Positions 37,926 through 47,255 of a stretch of 64,000 bases of DNA are shown one piece after another. Numbering within the stretch: the first letter of the stretch is position 1; each line of letters opens with the position of its first letter. The stretch comes from a virus. Location: the IMG/VR virus record IMGVR_UViG_3300028361_000023, positions 9,817-73,816 of that record; one strand, 5' to 3'. Both the position numbers and the translations under genes were made by a program. Under the pieces are notes generated by a model. That model saw nothing but the letters and a program-made list of their open reading frames with translations, did not search any database and was not told the DNA's origin.

Positions 37926-38564
37926 TTATCCTTTATAGAATAACAATTTAACAAAGTTCATTTGAGAATCTAAACCCGTATTAACCGCATGACTAAACAA
38001 TCTTTGAGTGTTTTGATTTTTATCTCTACTTTCATTAAAAGCATTAGCAGCATTTAATACTTTAGCAAAACTAGTTTTAATAAATTCAACTTTTTCATCT
38101 CCACTTGGATTAAATGTAAGTCCGACTAATTTACCACCAAAAGTTTCATGAAGATTAGTTTCGTCTTTACTTTCTTGTATTGTTTCTTTTTCAGTAGTTG
38201 TAGAAGTAGTTGTAGAAGTAAGCATTGGAATACAAGCTTCGACTATACTTTTAAATATAAAATCTTTAGCTTTTTCTTTATTTTCGAGTTTATCATAAGG
38301 AATTAAACTAGGATGAGTTTTCTTTATCAAGTCTTTTTCTGTACCATAAACAAAACCATCTTCTATTTTAAATTTCATCCAATTTTCGTGCATTTCAGCA
38401 GCAGTAACATTAGGGTTATCTATTCGGTATTTAACACTATTAACAGCACTATCTTTAATATTTTGAGAAACATTATCCCAATCTACTTGGCTATTGTCTC
38501 CTAAACTTTCACAATAGCCTTTATTGGCTTGGTGAGCGATTTTTGCTATGTCTATTATATTCAT
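37926..38564 (-). CDS. RyR-domain protein fused to an Acb2/Tad1-like helical hairpin
   Basis: HENWMKFKIEDGFVYGTEKD..KKTHPSLIPYDKL..KEK.KD is a RyR repeat. A TSTT linker follows, then C-terminal VGLTFNPSGDEKV...RLFSHAVNTGLDSQMNFVK. Likely start MNIID at 38564. Confidence 0.8.
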   Translation of the reverse strand: MNIIDIAKIAHQANKGYCESLGDNSQVDWDNVSQNIKDSAVNSVKYRIDNPNVTAAEMHENWMKFKIEDGFVYGTEKDLIKKTHPSLIPYDKLENKEKAKDFIFKSIVEACIPMLTSTTTSTTTEKETIQESKDETNLHETFGGKLVGLTFNPSGDEKVEFIKTSFAKVLNAANAFNESRDKNQNTQRLFSHAVNTGLDSQMNFVKLLFYKG

Positions 38565-38568
38565 AATA

Positions 38569-38597
38569 CAAATGTAATCTTTTTTACTAAAATGCAA
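38569..38597 (-). promoter_or_regulatory. Bacteroidota sigma-70 promoter (TTG-N18-TACATTTG)
   Basis: The -7 element ends 4 nt before the ATG at 38564. Confidence 0.65.
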
Positions 38598-38635
38598 CAT
38601 TATTATATACTATTTTTAAAAAATTTTAAAGAAAT

Positions 38636-38666
38636 TTTGTAGTTATTAATATATGTATTATTTTTG
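38636..38666 (+). promoter_or_regulatory. Bacteroidota sigma-70 promoter (TTTG-N19-TATTTTTG)
   Basis: Consensus -33/-7 spacing, 20 bp before the first gene of the structural block. Confidence 0.7.
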
Positions 38667-38686
38667 TAGGTATAAAAGTAAATGTA

Positions 38687-38995
38687 ATGAGTTTTCCAAA
38701 AATAGATATAACATTAGAACGTACTTTAAAAGAGGTTCAAACTAAATTTAAAGATAAATTTGGTACTGATATATCATTACGTCAAGTTTATTTAATTATA
38801 GCTATACAAGAAGAGCTTACAACTAATGCAGTATTTACTGGCAAAGGAATTAGATTACCAAATATAGGTAAGTTCGGAATTACAGCTAAAAAAAGTAAAT
38901 ATATGACAACAGAAGATATTCAAAAACAAGAACATTTACAAACTAACGGTTGTTTAATTCAAACTTGTTTAGCTGACGATACTATTGGTTATTAA
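38687..38995 (+). CDS. HU/IHF-like DNA-binding protein
   Basis: GKGIRLPNIGKFGI resembles the HU beta-arm entry; position is typical for crAss-like phages. Confidence 0.55.
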   Translation: MSFPKIDITLERTLKEVQTKFKDKFGTDISLRQVYLIIAIQEELTTNAVFTGKGIRLPNIGKFGITAKKSKYMTTEDIQKQEHLQTNGCLIQTCLADDTIGY

Positions 38996-38997
38996 TA

Positions 38998-39666
38998 ATG
39001 TTTAGATTATTTGAATTTAATGATAATAGAGTTTCTTTAGCTACAGATAGTCTTAAAGTAATTCCTGAATTTAATTACATTCTTACTCTTAAATATAACA
39101 CTAGAGAAGGAGACGCTACAGGTATAAAAAGACACCAAGCTACTAAGATTTTCACTTATATTTATTATATGTATGATATTAGAAGTCCTTATTCTAGTAT
39201 AGCAGAAGATAAAGAACGTCATAAAAAAGCAGCTAAAGATTCAGGACTTGGTATAAATTTTAAACCTAATAATAAAGAAAAACAAGCAATAGTTAAATTT
39301 AAAGAATTATCTGAATATACTTATCCTGAAATTAAGTTACTTAAAAGTTTAAAAGATAGTATGGAAATTAGTGATAAGTTTATTAGCTTAACTAATAAAA
39401 AAATGTTAAATCTTTTAGAAAAAGTTGAGACTGTTGATCTAAATGAATTACAAGATGAAGATCAAGCAGAATCAATATTAAATGTATTAAGTGTAGTTAC
39501 TAGTAGTATAAAAGAAGAAATTAATTTTGTTATGCCTTTTATTGATAAAGTAAAAAAAGGTATACAAAGCATTAACGAAATAGAAAAAGAGTTAATGAAA
39601 CAATTTAAAGAAGATACAGTAGCTAAAGGTGGACATCAAATAGGCAATAGAGCAGACCCTAGATAA
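38998..39666 (+). CDS. Conserved crAss-like protein upstream of TerL (possible small terminase)
   Basis: FTYIYYMYDIRSPY motif, coiled coil and KGG..IG tail; gene position. Confidence 0.55.
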   Translation: MFRLFEFNDNRVSLATDSLKVIPEFNYILTLKYNTREGDATGIKRHQATKIFTYIYYMYDIRSPYSSIAEDKERHKKAAKDSGLGINFKPNNKEKQAIVKFKELSEYTYPEIKLLKSLKDSMEISDKFISLTNKKMLNLLEKVETVDLNELQDEDQAESILNVLSVVTSSIKEEINFVMPFIDKVKKGIQSINEIEKELMKQFKEDTVAKGGHQIGNRADPR

Positions 39667-40019
39667 TGATATTAAAAACAAATGTATTTATAAATACAAT
39701 ATACGCTATAGGTAAAGATGAATTTAATATTCGTAAACTTACTGATAAAGATAAAGACGAAAATGAAAAATATACTCCTTTTAATTTAAACTTATTATTT
39801 GTAGTTCATTATTACCAAAGTAATGACGGTAAAACTGTTGTTGTTTTAAGTACAGAACAACATTTAAAACTAGACGAAGATTTTGATGCTTTTGAAAAAT
39901 TAATGTTTTTGGTTAGTCCAGTAAGACAACTAGAATTGATAAGTCCTCATGGAACTGTTTCGCAAAGAACTCTTAATGTACATAATAATATAGTTAGTGA
40001 AATAGTTTCTTTAGAGTAG
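39666..40019 (+). CDS. Hypothetical protein
   Basis: 117 aa ORF, translationally coupled. Confidence 0.7.
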   Translation: MILKTNVFINTIYAIGKDEFNIRKLTDKDKDENEKYTPFNLNLLFVVHYYQSNDGKTVVVLSTEQHLKLDEDFDAFEKLMFLVSPVRQLELISPHGTVSQRTLNVHNNIVSEIVSLE

Positions 40020-40038
40020 TAATTAAGAATTATAACTA

Positions 40039-40929
40039 ATGATAGATATAGGATTAAATAGAGTTAAAGGTTATTTTGACGGACCTTCTCATAAATATAG
40101 TGATGATAATCAAACAAAATATACTAGTTGTACTACTTTTATACATCAGTTTGAAAAACCATTTGATAAACATTATTGGGCTGAATATAAAGCTAAAGAA
40201 AGAGGAATAAGTAAACAAGCAATATTAGATGAATGGGCAGGAATTAACAAAGCTTCTTTAGATAGAGGTAATAAAATTCACGATGCATTTGAAGATGGTA
40301 TTAATAAAGTTTATGTAGACGCAGCTAAGAAAGAAGATATTCTCTTTACAGGCAGCCATTCTGATGCTCGTTATCAAAAACCCACAGGAATTACTACTAT
40401 TATAGAACTTAGAAGTTCTCCTGCTTATGTTGCTTATCCTTTAATTAGGCAATATATGGAGAAACTTATATTTGCTGGTTATGTTATATATGCTGAATAT
40501 AGATTATTTAGACCTGAAATTCAAATTGCAGGTATGGTTGATATTTTAGCAATTAAAGGTAATGATGTTATAATAGTAGATTGGAAAACTAATAAAAAAC
40601 CAATGTTAATGACTTCTGGTTATTATCGAAAAAAGATACAAAATGGTGTTAAAGTAGAAACTACTACTTTTGTTAGAACGTTAGATTTTATGAAACCGCC
40701 TATAAATGACATATATCATTGTTTAGGAATGACTTATACATTACAACTAAGTTTATACGCTTATATGATAGCTATGTATGGTTTTAATATTAAAGGTTTA
40801 GTTTTATTTCACATTAAACCTGAAAGAGATAAAACTACTAATTCTAATATAGATGTCGTAACTGCTTATTCGCTTGAATTTAAAAGAGAAGCAATTGTTA
40901 AAATGTTACAACATGATAAAAGGATATGA
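40039..40929 (+). CDS. PD-(D/E)XK (RecB-family) nuclease
   Basis: HKY...Y.S.TT, RG.KIH, AE, AGMVD, VDWKTN and YTLQLSLY motifs. Confidence 0.88.
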   Translation: MIDIGLNRVKGYFDGPSHKYSDDNQTKYTSCTTFIHQFEKPFDKHYWAEYKAKERGISKQAILDEWAGINKASLDRGNKIHDAFEDGINKVYVDAAKKEDILFTGSHSDARYQKPTGITTIIELRSSPAYVAYPLIRQYMEKLIFAGYVIYAEYRLFRPEIQIAGMVDILAIKGNDVIIVDWKTNKKPMLMTSGYYRKKIQNGVKVETTTFVRTLDFMKPPINDIYHCLGMTYTLQLSLYAYMIAMYGFNIKGLVLFHIKPERDKTTNSNIDVVTAYSLEFKREAIVKMLQHDKRI

Positions 40930-41324
40930 AAAAAATATTATTAATAACAAGTAGCGAACGTATAGCTAAAGAGTTTTTAGATAATAAAAAATTTATTACA
41001 ACTTTAGGAGATATAAATAATATAGTTAAATTAAGATTTCATTTATTTGATTGTGATGCTTGTGTTATTAGTGTATTACCTAAAGATTATAATGCAGAAG
41101 ATTTTATATTACTTTTAAATGCTATTAATTTAGTTAAAAATGGTTATATTTTTTTTGTAACTAGAAACAATGACTACTCTAAACAAATATTAAGTAAAGA
41201 AACTTATAAACAATTTAAACAAATTAGCACTATAGCTAATGATAAAAATAATTTTTTATATCTTAATCATTTAGATTTTTTAATAAAAGAACTTGAAGGA
41301 AATCCAATTACATACGAACGATAA
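40926..41324 (+). CDS. Hypothetical protein
   Basis: 132 aa ORF. Confidence 0.6.
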   Translation: MKKILLITSSERIAKEFLDNKKFITTLGDINNIVKLRFHLFDCDACVISVLPKDYNAEDFILLLNAINLVKNGYIFFVTRNNDYSKQILSKETYKQFKQISTIANDKNNFLYLNHLDFLIKELEGNPITYER

Positions 41325-43422
41325 GTTAACTACTGCTTATGAATACGAAGATGTTGCTTTTTGTAATACTTCTTTGTTTACAGAAACTTCTAGATACTTT
41401 ACTAAACATGGAGTATATACTCACGCACCTAACGGAACTTTAGATCATAAAGATTTTTGGGATAGAGAAGAAAATAGAATACTTAACGGTATAACTGTTC
41501 CTGGAAAACTATTACCTGATGGTAGCATACAAAAAGTACACATTACTGGAGAACATTATAGTTATCTTAATTATACTAGAATAAAACTTACTAAAGACAA
41601 AGAAGCAAGTACAGAACAATTAATAGCTGCTAAAAAACAAGAAAGTAAAGCTAGAAAAAAGATAGAAACTTTTCCTGCTTTTTGGGATGGTGATTATCAT
41701 TACTTTAAAGCTAGAGCTTTGGCTAGAGAACTTGGACTTCACATGGTTGTTTCTAAAGGTAGACGTAAAGGTTACTCTTATAAAAACGGTTCTGTTGTTA
41801 GTCGTACTGCTACTTTTGTTCCTAAAAGTGTTACTATACTTGGTGCTTATGATAAGAAATATCTTACACAAAAAGGGGCTATAACAACAATGGCTAAAAC
41901 TGGTCTTGATTGGTTTCAATTACATACTGACTTTAATAGAGGTTGGTTAAAAGAAACTATGGAAGATTTGCAACTTGGTTATAGGAGACAAGGTAGTCAA
42001 ATGAATCACGGTTATCAAAGTGGTGTTTTATCTTTATCTTTTATGGATAATCCTGATGCTGCTATTGGTAAAGATGCAGAAGAAATAATATTTGAAGAAG
42101 CGGGTAATTTTCCTAATCTTTTAGATGCTCTTGATGTTACAATGAGTACTATGGAAGATGGAGACTTTACTACAGGTATGATAACCGTTTTTGGTACGGG
42201 TGGTGTTAAAGAAGGTAATTATGCCGCATTTGAAAGTATCTTTTACGAACCTGAATCTTATGGATTTATGCCTTTTCATAATATTTTTGACGACGAAGCT
42301 ACAGGTTCTGTTTGTGGATTTTTTCACGGACAACAACAAAATTTTGCACCTTATTTAGATAAAGACGGTAATAGTGATATTAAAGGAGCTTTAGAATCTA
42401 TTGAAAAAGATAGAATACTAAAGAAAACTAAAACAACAAATCCGCAAGTATACAACAGGTATGTTGCTCAAAGATGTATTAAACCTAGTGAAGCTTTTGG
42501 TGGAACTAATGTTAGTATATTTGATAGTCAAGAATTACGAGATCATATTAGTATTGTAGAACATAATCCTTTTTATAAAAATTTACGTAGAGACGGTAAA
42601 TTAGAAGAAACCGCTATAGGTATAAAATATTTAGATAATAGTGTTTTACCTTATAAAGATAAACATAACTATTTAGATGGTAAAAAAAGTTTAGATAACG
42701 ATTTAACTGGATGTTATTCAGAATGGTTTAGACCATATCGTGATGCTAATGGAAATATACCTAGTGGATTATATAGAGTATGGAATGATCCTTATGCTTT
42801 TGAAATTGAACAAGGAGAAATAACAATAGCTGATTCTTTGGGTTCTACTTATGTATACGAACGACCTAATAATTTTACACCTACTAAAGGAGATTGTATA
42901 GTTGCTTGTTATGTTGGTAGACCTAGTAATCCAGATGACTATAATCAACAATTACTTAATATTACTAAATATTGGAACGCTATATGTCAATTTGAAAGAG
43001 ATAGAGGTGATGTTAGGAATTACTTTAAAAGAGCTGGTGCTTGGAATTTACTTGCAGATTCTCCTGATTTTGATTGGAAAAGAGAGTTACAAGGTAAAAG
43101 AACAGTAGATAAAGGTATTGTATTATCACACGGTTCGGATAGGAAAGGTAATGCTGCTATAATACTTAAGCAATGGTTATATACTAAAAGAGGATTTGAC
43201 GAAGAAACCAAAAAAATAGTGTATAACTTGCATAATATTTATGATTTAGGATTGCTTCGAGAGTTGTCTAAGTGGCATTTAAAGGGTAATTTTGACCGAG
43301 TTTCGAGCTTTCTAATAGGTATGCTTGATAAAAATGAGATTTCTCATACTGCTATTAAAAATGAAGAAACTAAAGCTAAAAATGGATTTTTTACAAGGCT
43401 TCAAAAAGGTCAATTTTATTAA
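41293..43422 (+). CDS. terL: Terminase large subunit
   Basis: HITGEHYSYLNY, FWDGDY, KGRRKGYSY (Walker A), FEEAG (Walker B), FGTGG, nuclease DPY and GNFDRVS. Confidence 0.95.
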   Translation: MKEIQLHTNDKLTTAYEYEDVAFCNTSLFTETSRYFTKHGVYTHAPNGTLDHKDFWDREENRILNGITVPGKLLPDGSIQKVHITGEHYSYLNYTRIKLTKDKEASTEQLIAAKKQESKARKKIETFPAFWDGDYHYFKARALARELGLHMVVSKGRRKGYSYKNGSVVSRTATFVPKSVTILGAYDKKYLTQKGAITTMAKTGLDWFQLHTDFNRGWLKETMEDLQLGYRRQGSQMNHGYQSGVLSLSFMDNPDAAIGKDAEEIIFEEAGNFPNLLDALDVTMSTMEDGDFTTGMITVFGTGGVKEGNYAAFESIFYEPESYGFMPFHNIFDDEATGSVCGFFHGQQQNFAPYLDKDGNSDIKGALESIEKDRILKKTKTTNPQVYNRYVAQRCIKPSEAFGGTNVSIFDSQELRDHISIVEHNPFYKNLRRDGKLEETAIGIKYLDNSVLPYKDKHNYLDGKKSLDNDLTGCYSEWFRPYRDANGNIPSGLYRVWNDPYAFEIEQGEITIADSLGSTYVYERPNNFTPTKGDCIVACYVGRPSNPDDYNQQLLNITKYWNAICQFERDRGDVRNYFKRAGAWNLLADSPDFDWKRELQGKRTVDKGIVLSHGSDRKGNAAIILKQWLYTKRGFDEETKKIVYNLHNIYDLGLLRELSKWHLKGNFDRVSSFLIGMLDKNEISHTAIKNEETKAKNGFFTRLQKGQFY

Positions 43423-43425
43423 ATA

Positions 43426-45750
43426 ATGACTAACTTAACACAAGAAGATAATTACAATACTAATAATGAAGGTAATGCTACTGGTTTACCTTCTCGTTTA
43501 GTTACTACTGCTCAAAAATACGCTAATGATATGCGTTGGGCTAAGAACTTTATTGATTATATAATTAACGAAGCTGGTTTTACTGATCCTATTTATACTG
43601 AAATGTTTACTCTTTATCGAGCAAGAGAAGGTAAATTAAACGCTAATGATTATGAACATATTCTTAATCCTTTTAAATTTAACGAAGATCAAGCTAATAA
43701 ATTTAGACAACCTGCTAAATTAAAAAATTATCCTTTAATTGCTCCTGTTGCTGATTTGCAACTTGCTGAATTTAGTAAACGTCCTAAAATAGCAAGAGTT
43801 CTTGCTTTGGATAGTACATTTGAAAATGAATTTCAAAAAGGTATTGGAGCTATTATTAATAAAAGTCTTAAACAAAAATTTGTTAATGAGTTAAACGAAC
43901 AAGGTGTTGAAACTGAACAACCTAGCGTTCCTGAAGAACAAATAAGTAAAGATAAAGAAGAAGCAATTGAAAGTTTAGTAGAAGAACTGACTCAACAAGG
44001 TCAAGATGCTATTGATTATCTTAAATATGATTTAGATTTAGAAGACATACATCAAACTGGTTATAACGATTGGCTTACAGTAGGGACTGTTATAAGTTAT
44101 AAAGAAGTAAGTGATTTTGGTATTAATTATGAAATAATACCACCTTATAAATTAAGTTTTCTTAAAAGAGATAATGTGACTTTTATAGAAGATTTATCTG
44201 AAATATTAAGAAGAGAAAGATTTACATTTAATGAACTTGTTGATAGATTTGAATTTACAGAAGAGGAATTAAAATCTTTAGAAGGTAAACATGATTTTGG
44301 TTTAACTTTTGACGGTACTATTTTTGTTAATAATGATGCAGATGAAAATTGGGATTCAAATAATTTAGGTAATCTTAATAGTTATGGTTATGATTGTTGT
44401 CATGTCCAGTTTACAGCAGGTAAAAAAGTTGGAATAGTTTCTTATATAACTCCTATAGGATCTATTGAAACTAAAGATGTTGATGATACTTATGTTTTGA
44501 ATAAAGAAGCTGGAGATATAAATATTGAATGGCGATATGTAAATGAAATTTGGGAAGGTTGGAGAATAGAAGATAGTATTTATAAAAAAGTAAGACTTTT
44601 AAAAGTACAAAGAGAAGAAATTAACGCACATGCTGGTAGAAAATTATCTTACAATGGTCGTTGGATTAGAACTAAAACAGGAGGAATAAATAGTTTAGTT
44701 AAGACTGGACTTAATTATCAATATACTTATAATTACATAAACTTTAAATTTGAAAAGATTATGAATAAGAATAAAGATAAGATAGCTATGATACCTTTAA
44801 GTATTATTCCTACCGGTGATGGTTGGGATGAAGATACATTTATGTATACAGCTGATGCTTTAGGTTTTGGTTTTTATGATGATACTGCTCCTGGTGCTGC
44901 TGCTGCTTTACAAGGTATGAAAGTATTAGATATGGGATTAGCTGATTATGCTTCTGCTACTTATAATCTTTTACAGCAAGTAAAACAAGAATATTGGGAT
45001 GCTATAGGTATGAATCGTCAAAGATTCGGTAATACTAATTCAAGTGACGGTAAAGCTGTTACAGAACAAGCTATATTTAGAAGTAGTTTAATAACAGAAG
45101 AATATTCAAGACAATATGATTCTTTCTATCAAAGTGACTTAAATGGTCTTTTAGATTATAGTAAAGTTGCTTGGATTAAAGGTAAAAAAGCAAAATTTAG
45201 CAACTCTAATAAACGAATTGTTACTCTTGATATTATGGGTGAAGATTGGTTACATAGAGATTGGAAAATTTTTATAGGTAACAGTGAAGAAGAAGCAAGA
45301 AAATTAAACGAAATTAGACCTCTTGCAATGCATCTTATACAAAATAGTAGTGAAAAAAGTTTAGCTATAGATGTTATAGATACTGATAATGTAACTGACA
45401 TTAAACGTATATTTAAACAATACGATAAATTACAATCTGAACTTGCAGAAAGACAACAAGCAAGTCAAGAAGAAGCTAATAAAGTAGCTATGGCTGATAT
45501 AGAAAAGAAAGCTGAAATTGCTCAATATAAAATAGATGTAGAAAGTAATACTAAAATTAAAGTAGCTGAAATTACGCAAAATGGTCAAGAAGACGGTAAT
45601 GAAGACAATGAAAAACAAGCATTAGATAGAGATAAACTAAATCATACTATAACAAAAGATAATAAAGATTTAGCACAAAGACAAAAAGAACATAACGATA
45701 AAATTAATTTAGACAATAAAAAACTAAATGTACAGAAAAAAAGTGTATAA
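43426..45750 (+). CDS. Portal protein
   Basis: 774 aa gene directly after TerL, with NYPLI.P, NEIWEG, KLSYNG and IGMNRQRFG crAss portal motifs. Confidence 0.9.
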   Translation: MTNLTQEDNYNTNNEGNATGLPSRLVTTAQKYANDMRWAKNFIDYIINEAGFTDPIYTEMFTLYRAREGKLNANDYEHILNPFKFNEDQANKFRQPAKLKNYPLIAPVADLQLAEFSKRPKIARVLALDSTFENEFQKGIGAIINKSLKQKFVNELNEQGVETEQPSVPEEQISKDKEEAIESLVEELTQQGQDAIDYLKYDLDLEDIHQTGYNDWLTVGTVISYKEVSDFGINYEIIPPYKLSFLKRDNVTFIEDLSEILRRERFTFNELVDRFEFTEEELKSLEGKHDFGLTFDGTIFVNNDADENWDSNNLGNLNSYGYDCCHVQFTAGKKVGIVSYITPIGSIETKDVDDTYVLNKEAGDINIEWRYVNEIWEGWRIEDSIYKKVRLLKVQREEINAHAGRKLSYNGRWIRTKTGGINSLVKTGLNYQYTYNYINFKFEKIMNKNKDKIAMIPLSIIPTGDGWDEDTFMYTADALGFGFYDDTAPGAAAALQGMKVLDMGLADYASATYNLLQQVKQEYWDAIGMNRQRFGNTNSSDGKAVTEQAIFRSSLITEEYSRQYDSFYQSDLNGLLDYSKVAWIKGKKAKFSNSNKRIVTLDIMGEDWLHRDWKIFIGNSEEEARKLNEIRPLAMHLIQNSSEKSLAIDVIDTDNVTDIKRIFKQYDKLQSELAERQQASQEEANKVAMADIEKKAEIAQYKIDVESNTKIKVAEITQNGQEDGNEDNEKQALDRDKLNHTITKDNKDLAQRQKEHNDKINLDNKKLNVQKKSV

Positions 45751-45828
45751 TGGTTTGATATCTGTTAGAGGTATTTATTTGGGTTAAAAAGTATTTTAAA
45801 TAAACTATATAAAAATAAGTAAATATAT

Positions 45829-45836
45829 TAAATTTG
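45829..45836 (+). promoter_or_regulatory. Bacteroidota -7 element (TAAATTTG)
   Basis: 5 nt before the scaffold ATG; no clear -33 element. Confidence 0.4.
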
Positions 45837-45841
45837 TAATA

Positions 45842-47218
45842 ATGAAAGTAAACAAGAACAACAACGAATGTAATCTTAATATAAAAGAAATTTCGGGTTA
45901 TTTAAACTTTTTTCCAGTTTTGGATGAAGGAAATATCGCTAATCTTGATGATATTGAAGAAGAAGAAAATGATGATGATGGTTTTTTAGGTATAGATAAC
46001 GATCCTACTATTGATCCTCCTAGTGATCCTGTCATTGATGAAACTGATGAAGATAAAGCTGCAAGAGAACTACTTGAAAAGAAAACTGAAGATGAAAAAA
46101 TAACAGACAAAGATAATAAAGAAGTTACAACTAATTTATATGATAAAGAAGGTAATCAAGTTAATGCGGAAGGTAAGATATTAAAAACTAAAGAAGAATT
46201 AACAGAAGAAGAAACTAAAGCTGCTGATATTAAGAAAAAAGAACTAGAAGCTAAAAATGAAAAAGTTTTTTATGATAAAGAAGGTAATCAAGTTGATACT
46301 AAAGGTGAAATAGTTAAAACTAAAGAAGAACTAGAAACAGAAAATTTTGATTCTTTACCCGCTATTAAACAACTTCAAATTCTTGACGGTTATGATCTAA
46401 AAGATGAAAAAGGAGAAATTTTACAATTTGAAGATACTATAGAAGGTTTTCAAGCTTATAATGAAGCTGTTTCTACACATAGAGCAACTGAACTTTATAA
46501 TGACAAAGTAAAACAAGAGGAAAATGATACTCCTGAAATTGTAAAAAAATTTAATGCTCATATTAAAGCTGGATTTGGTGTTTCTGATTTTTTTAATAGT
46601 CCTTTACACGATATACAAAATGTAAAACTAGAAAAAAGTAATGAAAACCAATTAAAAGAAATTATTAAGCGTAGTTTTGTTCATAGAAAGTACGATGAAA
46701 ATAGAGCAATAGAAATGGTTAAACGTTCTGAAGCTGCTGATGCTCTTTTTGAAGATGCTGAAATAGCTCTTAAAGAATTACAAAATGCGGATAAAGAACA
46801 AACAACAATTAATCAACAAAAAATCAAAGAAGAAAAAGAAAAAGAAAACGCTGCAAGTGTAAATTATTTCAATGATGTTAAAGAAATTGTTACTAAAGGT
46901 AAAGTAAAAGATGTAGTTATCCCGAATGCGGATAAAAAAGCATTTTATGAATACTTATCTAAACCTGTTAAGTCTGTAAATGGCCAACTTCTTAGTCAAC
47001 ATGATATTGATATGCAAAAAGAACCTTTAGAAATCGACTTATTAAACGCGTTTCATAGGTTTAAAGGTTATGACCTTAATTCGGTAATTAAAGATAAAGC
47101 TAATTCACATAAAGCTAGAACTTTAACTGAACGTATAGTTAAACCAACTAGTACTAATAGTACAATAGTTGATAGTAAAAACATTACTTCTGAAATTGAT
47201 TGGGATAATGTTAAGTAA
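45842..47218 (+). CDS. Acidic capsid scaffolding/assembly protein
   Basis: Very acidic protein between portal and MCP; internal repeat YDKEGNQV..G.I.KTKEEL x2. Confidence 0.7.
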   Translation: MKVNKNNNECNLNIKEISGYLNFFPVLDEGNIANLDDIEEEENDDDGFLGIDNDPTIDPPSDPVIDETDEDKAARELLEKKTEDEKITDKDNKEVTTNLYDKEGNQVNAEGKILKTKEELTEEETKAADIKKKELEAKNEKVFYDKEGNQVDTKGEIVKTKEELETENFDSLPAIKQLQILDGYDLKDEKGEILQFEDTIEGFQAYNEAVSTHRATELYNDKVKQEENDTPEIVKKFNAHIKAGFGVSDFFNSPLHDIQNVKLEKSNENQLKEIIKRSFVHRKYDENRAIEMVKRSEAADALFEDAEIALKELQNADKEQTTINQQKIKEEKEKENAASVNYFNDVKEIVTKGKVKDVVIPNADKKAFYEYLSKPVKSVNGQLLSQHDIDMQKEPLEIDLLNAFHRFKGYDLNSVIKDKANSHKARTLTERIVKPTSTNSTIVDSKNITSEIDWDNVK

Positions 47219-47255
47219 ATTAGTTTAAAATTTTTAAAAAAAAGAAAAAAGAAAA

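Noticed and set aside
46138-46340. Internal repeat in the scaffold gene as a mobile or DGR repeat
   Set aside because: It is an in-frame protein repeat (44 aa period) with no adenine-specific variation and no reverse transcriptase in the window.
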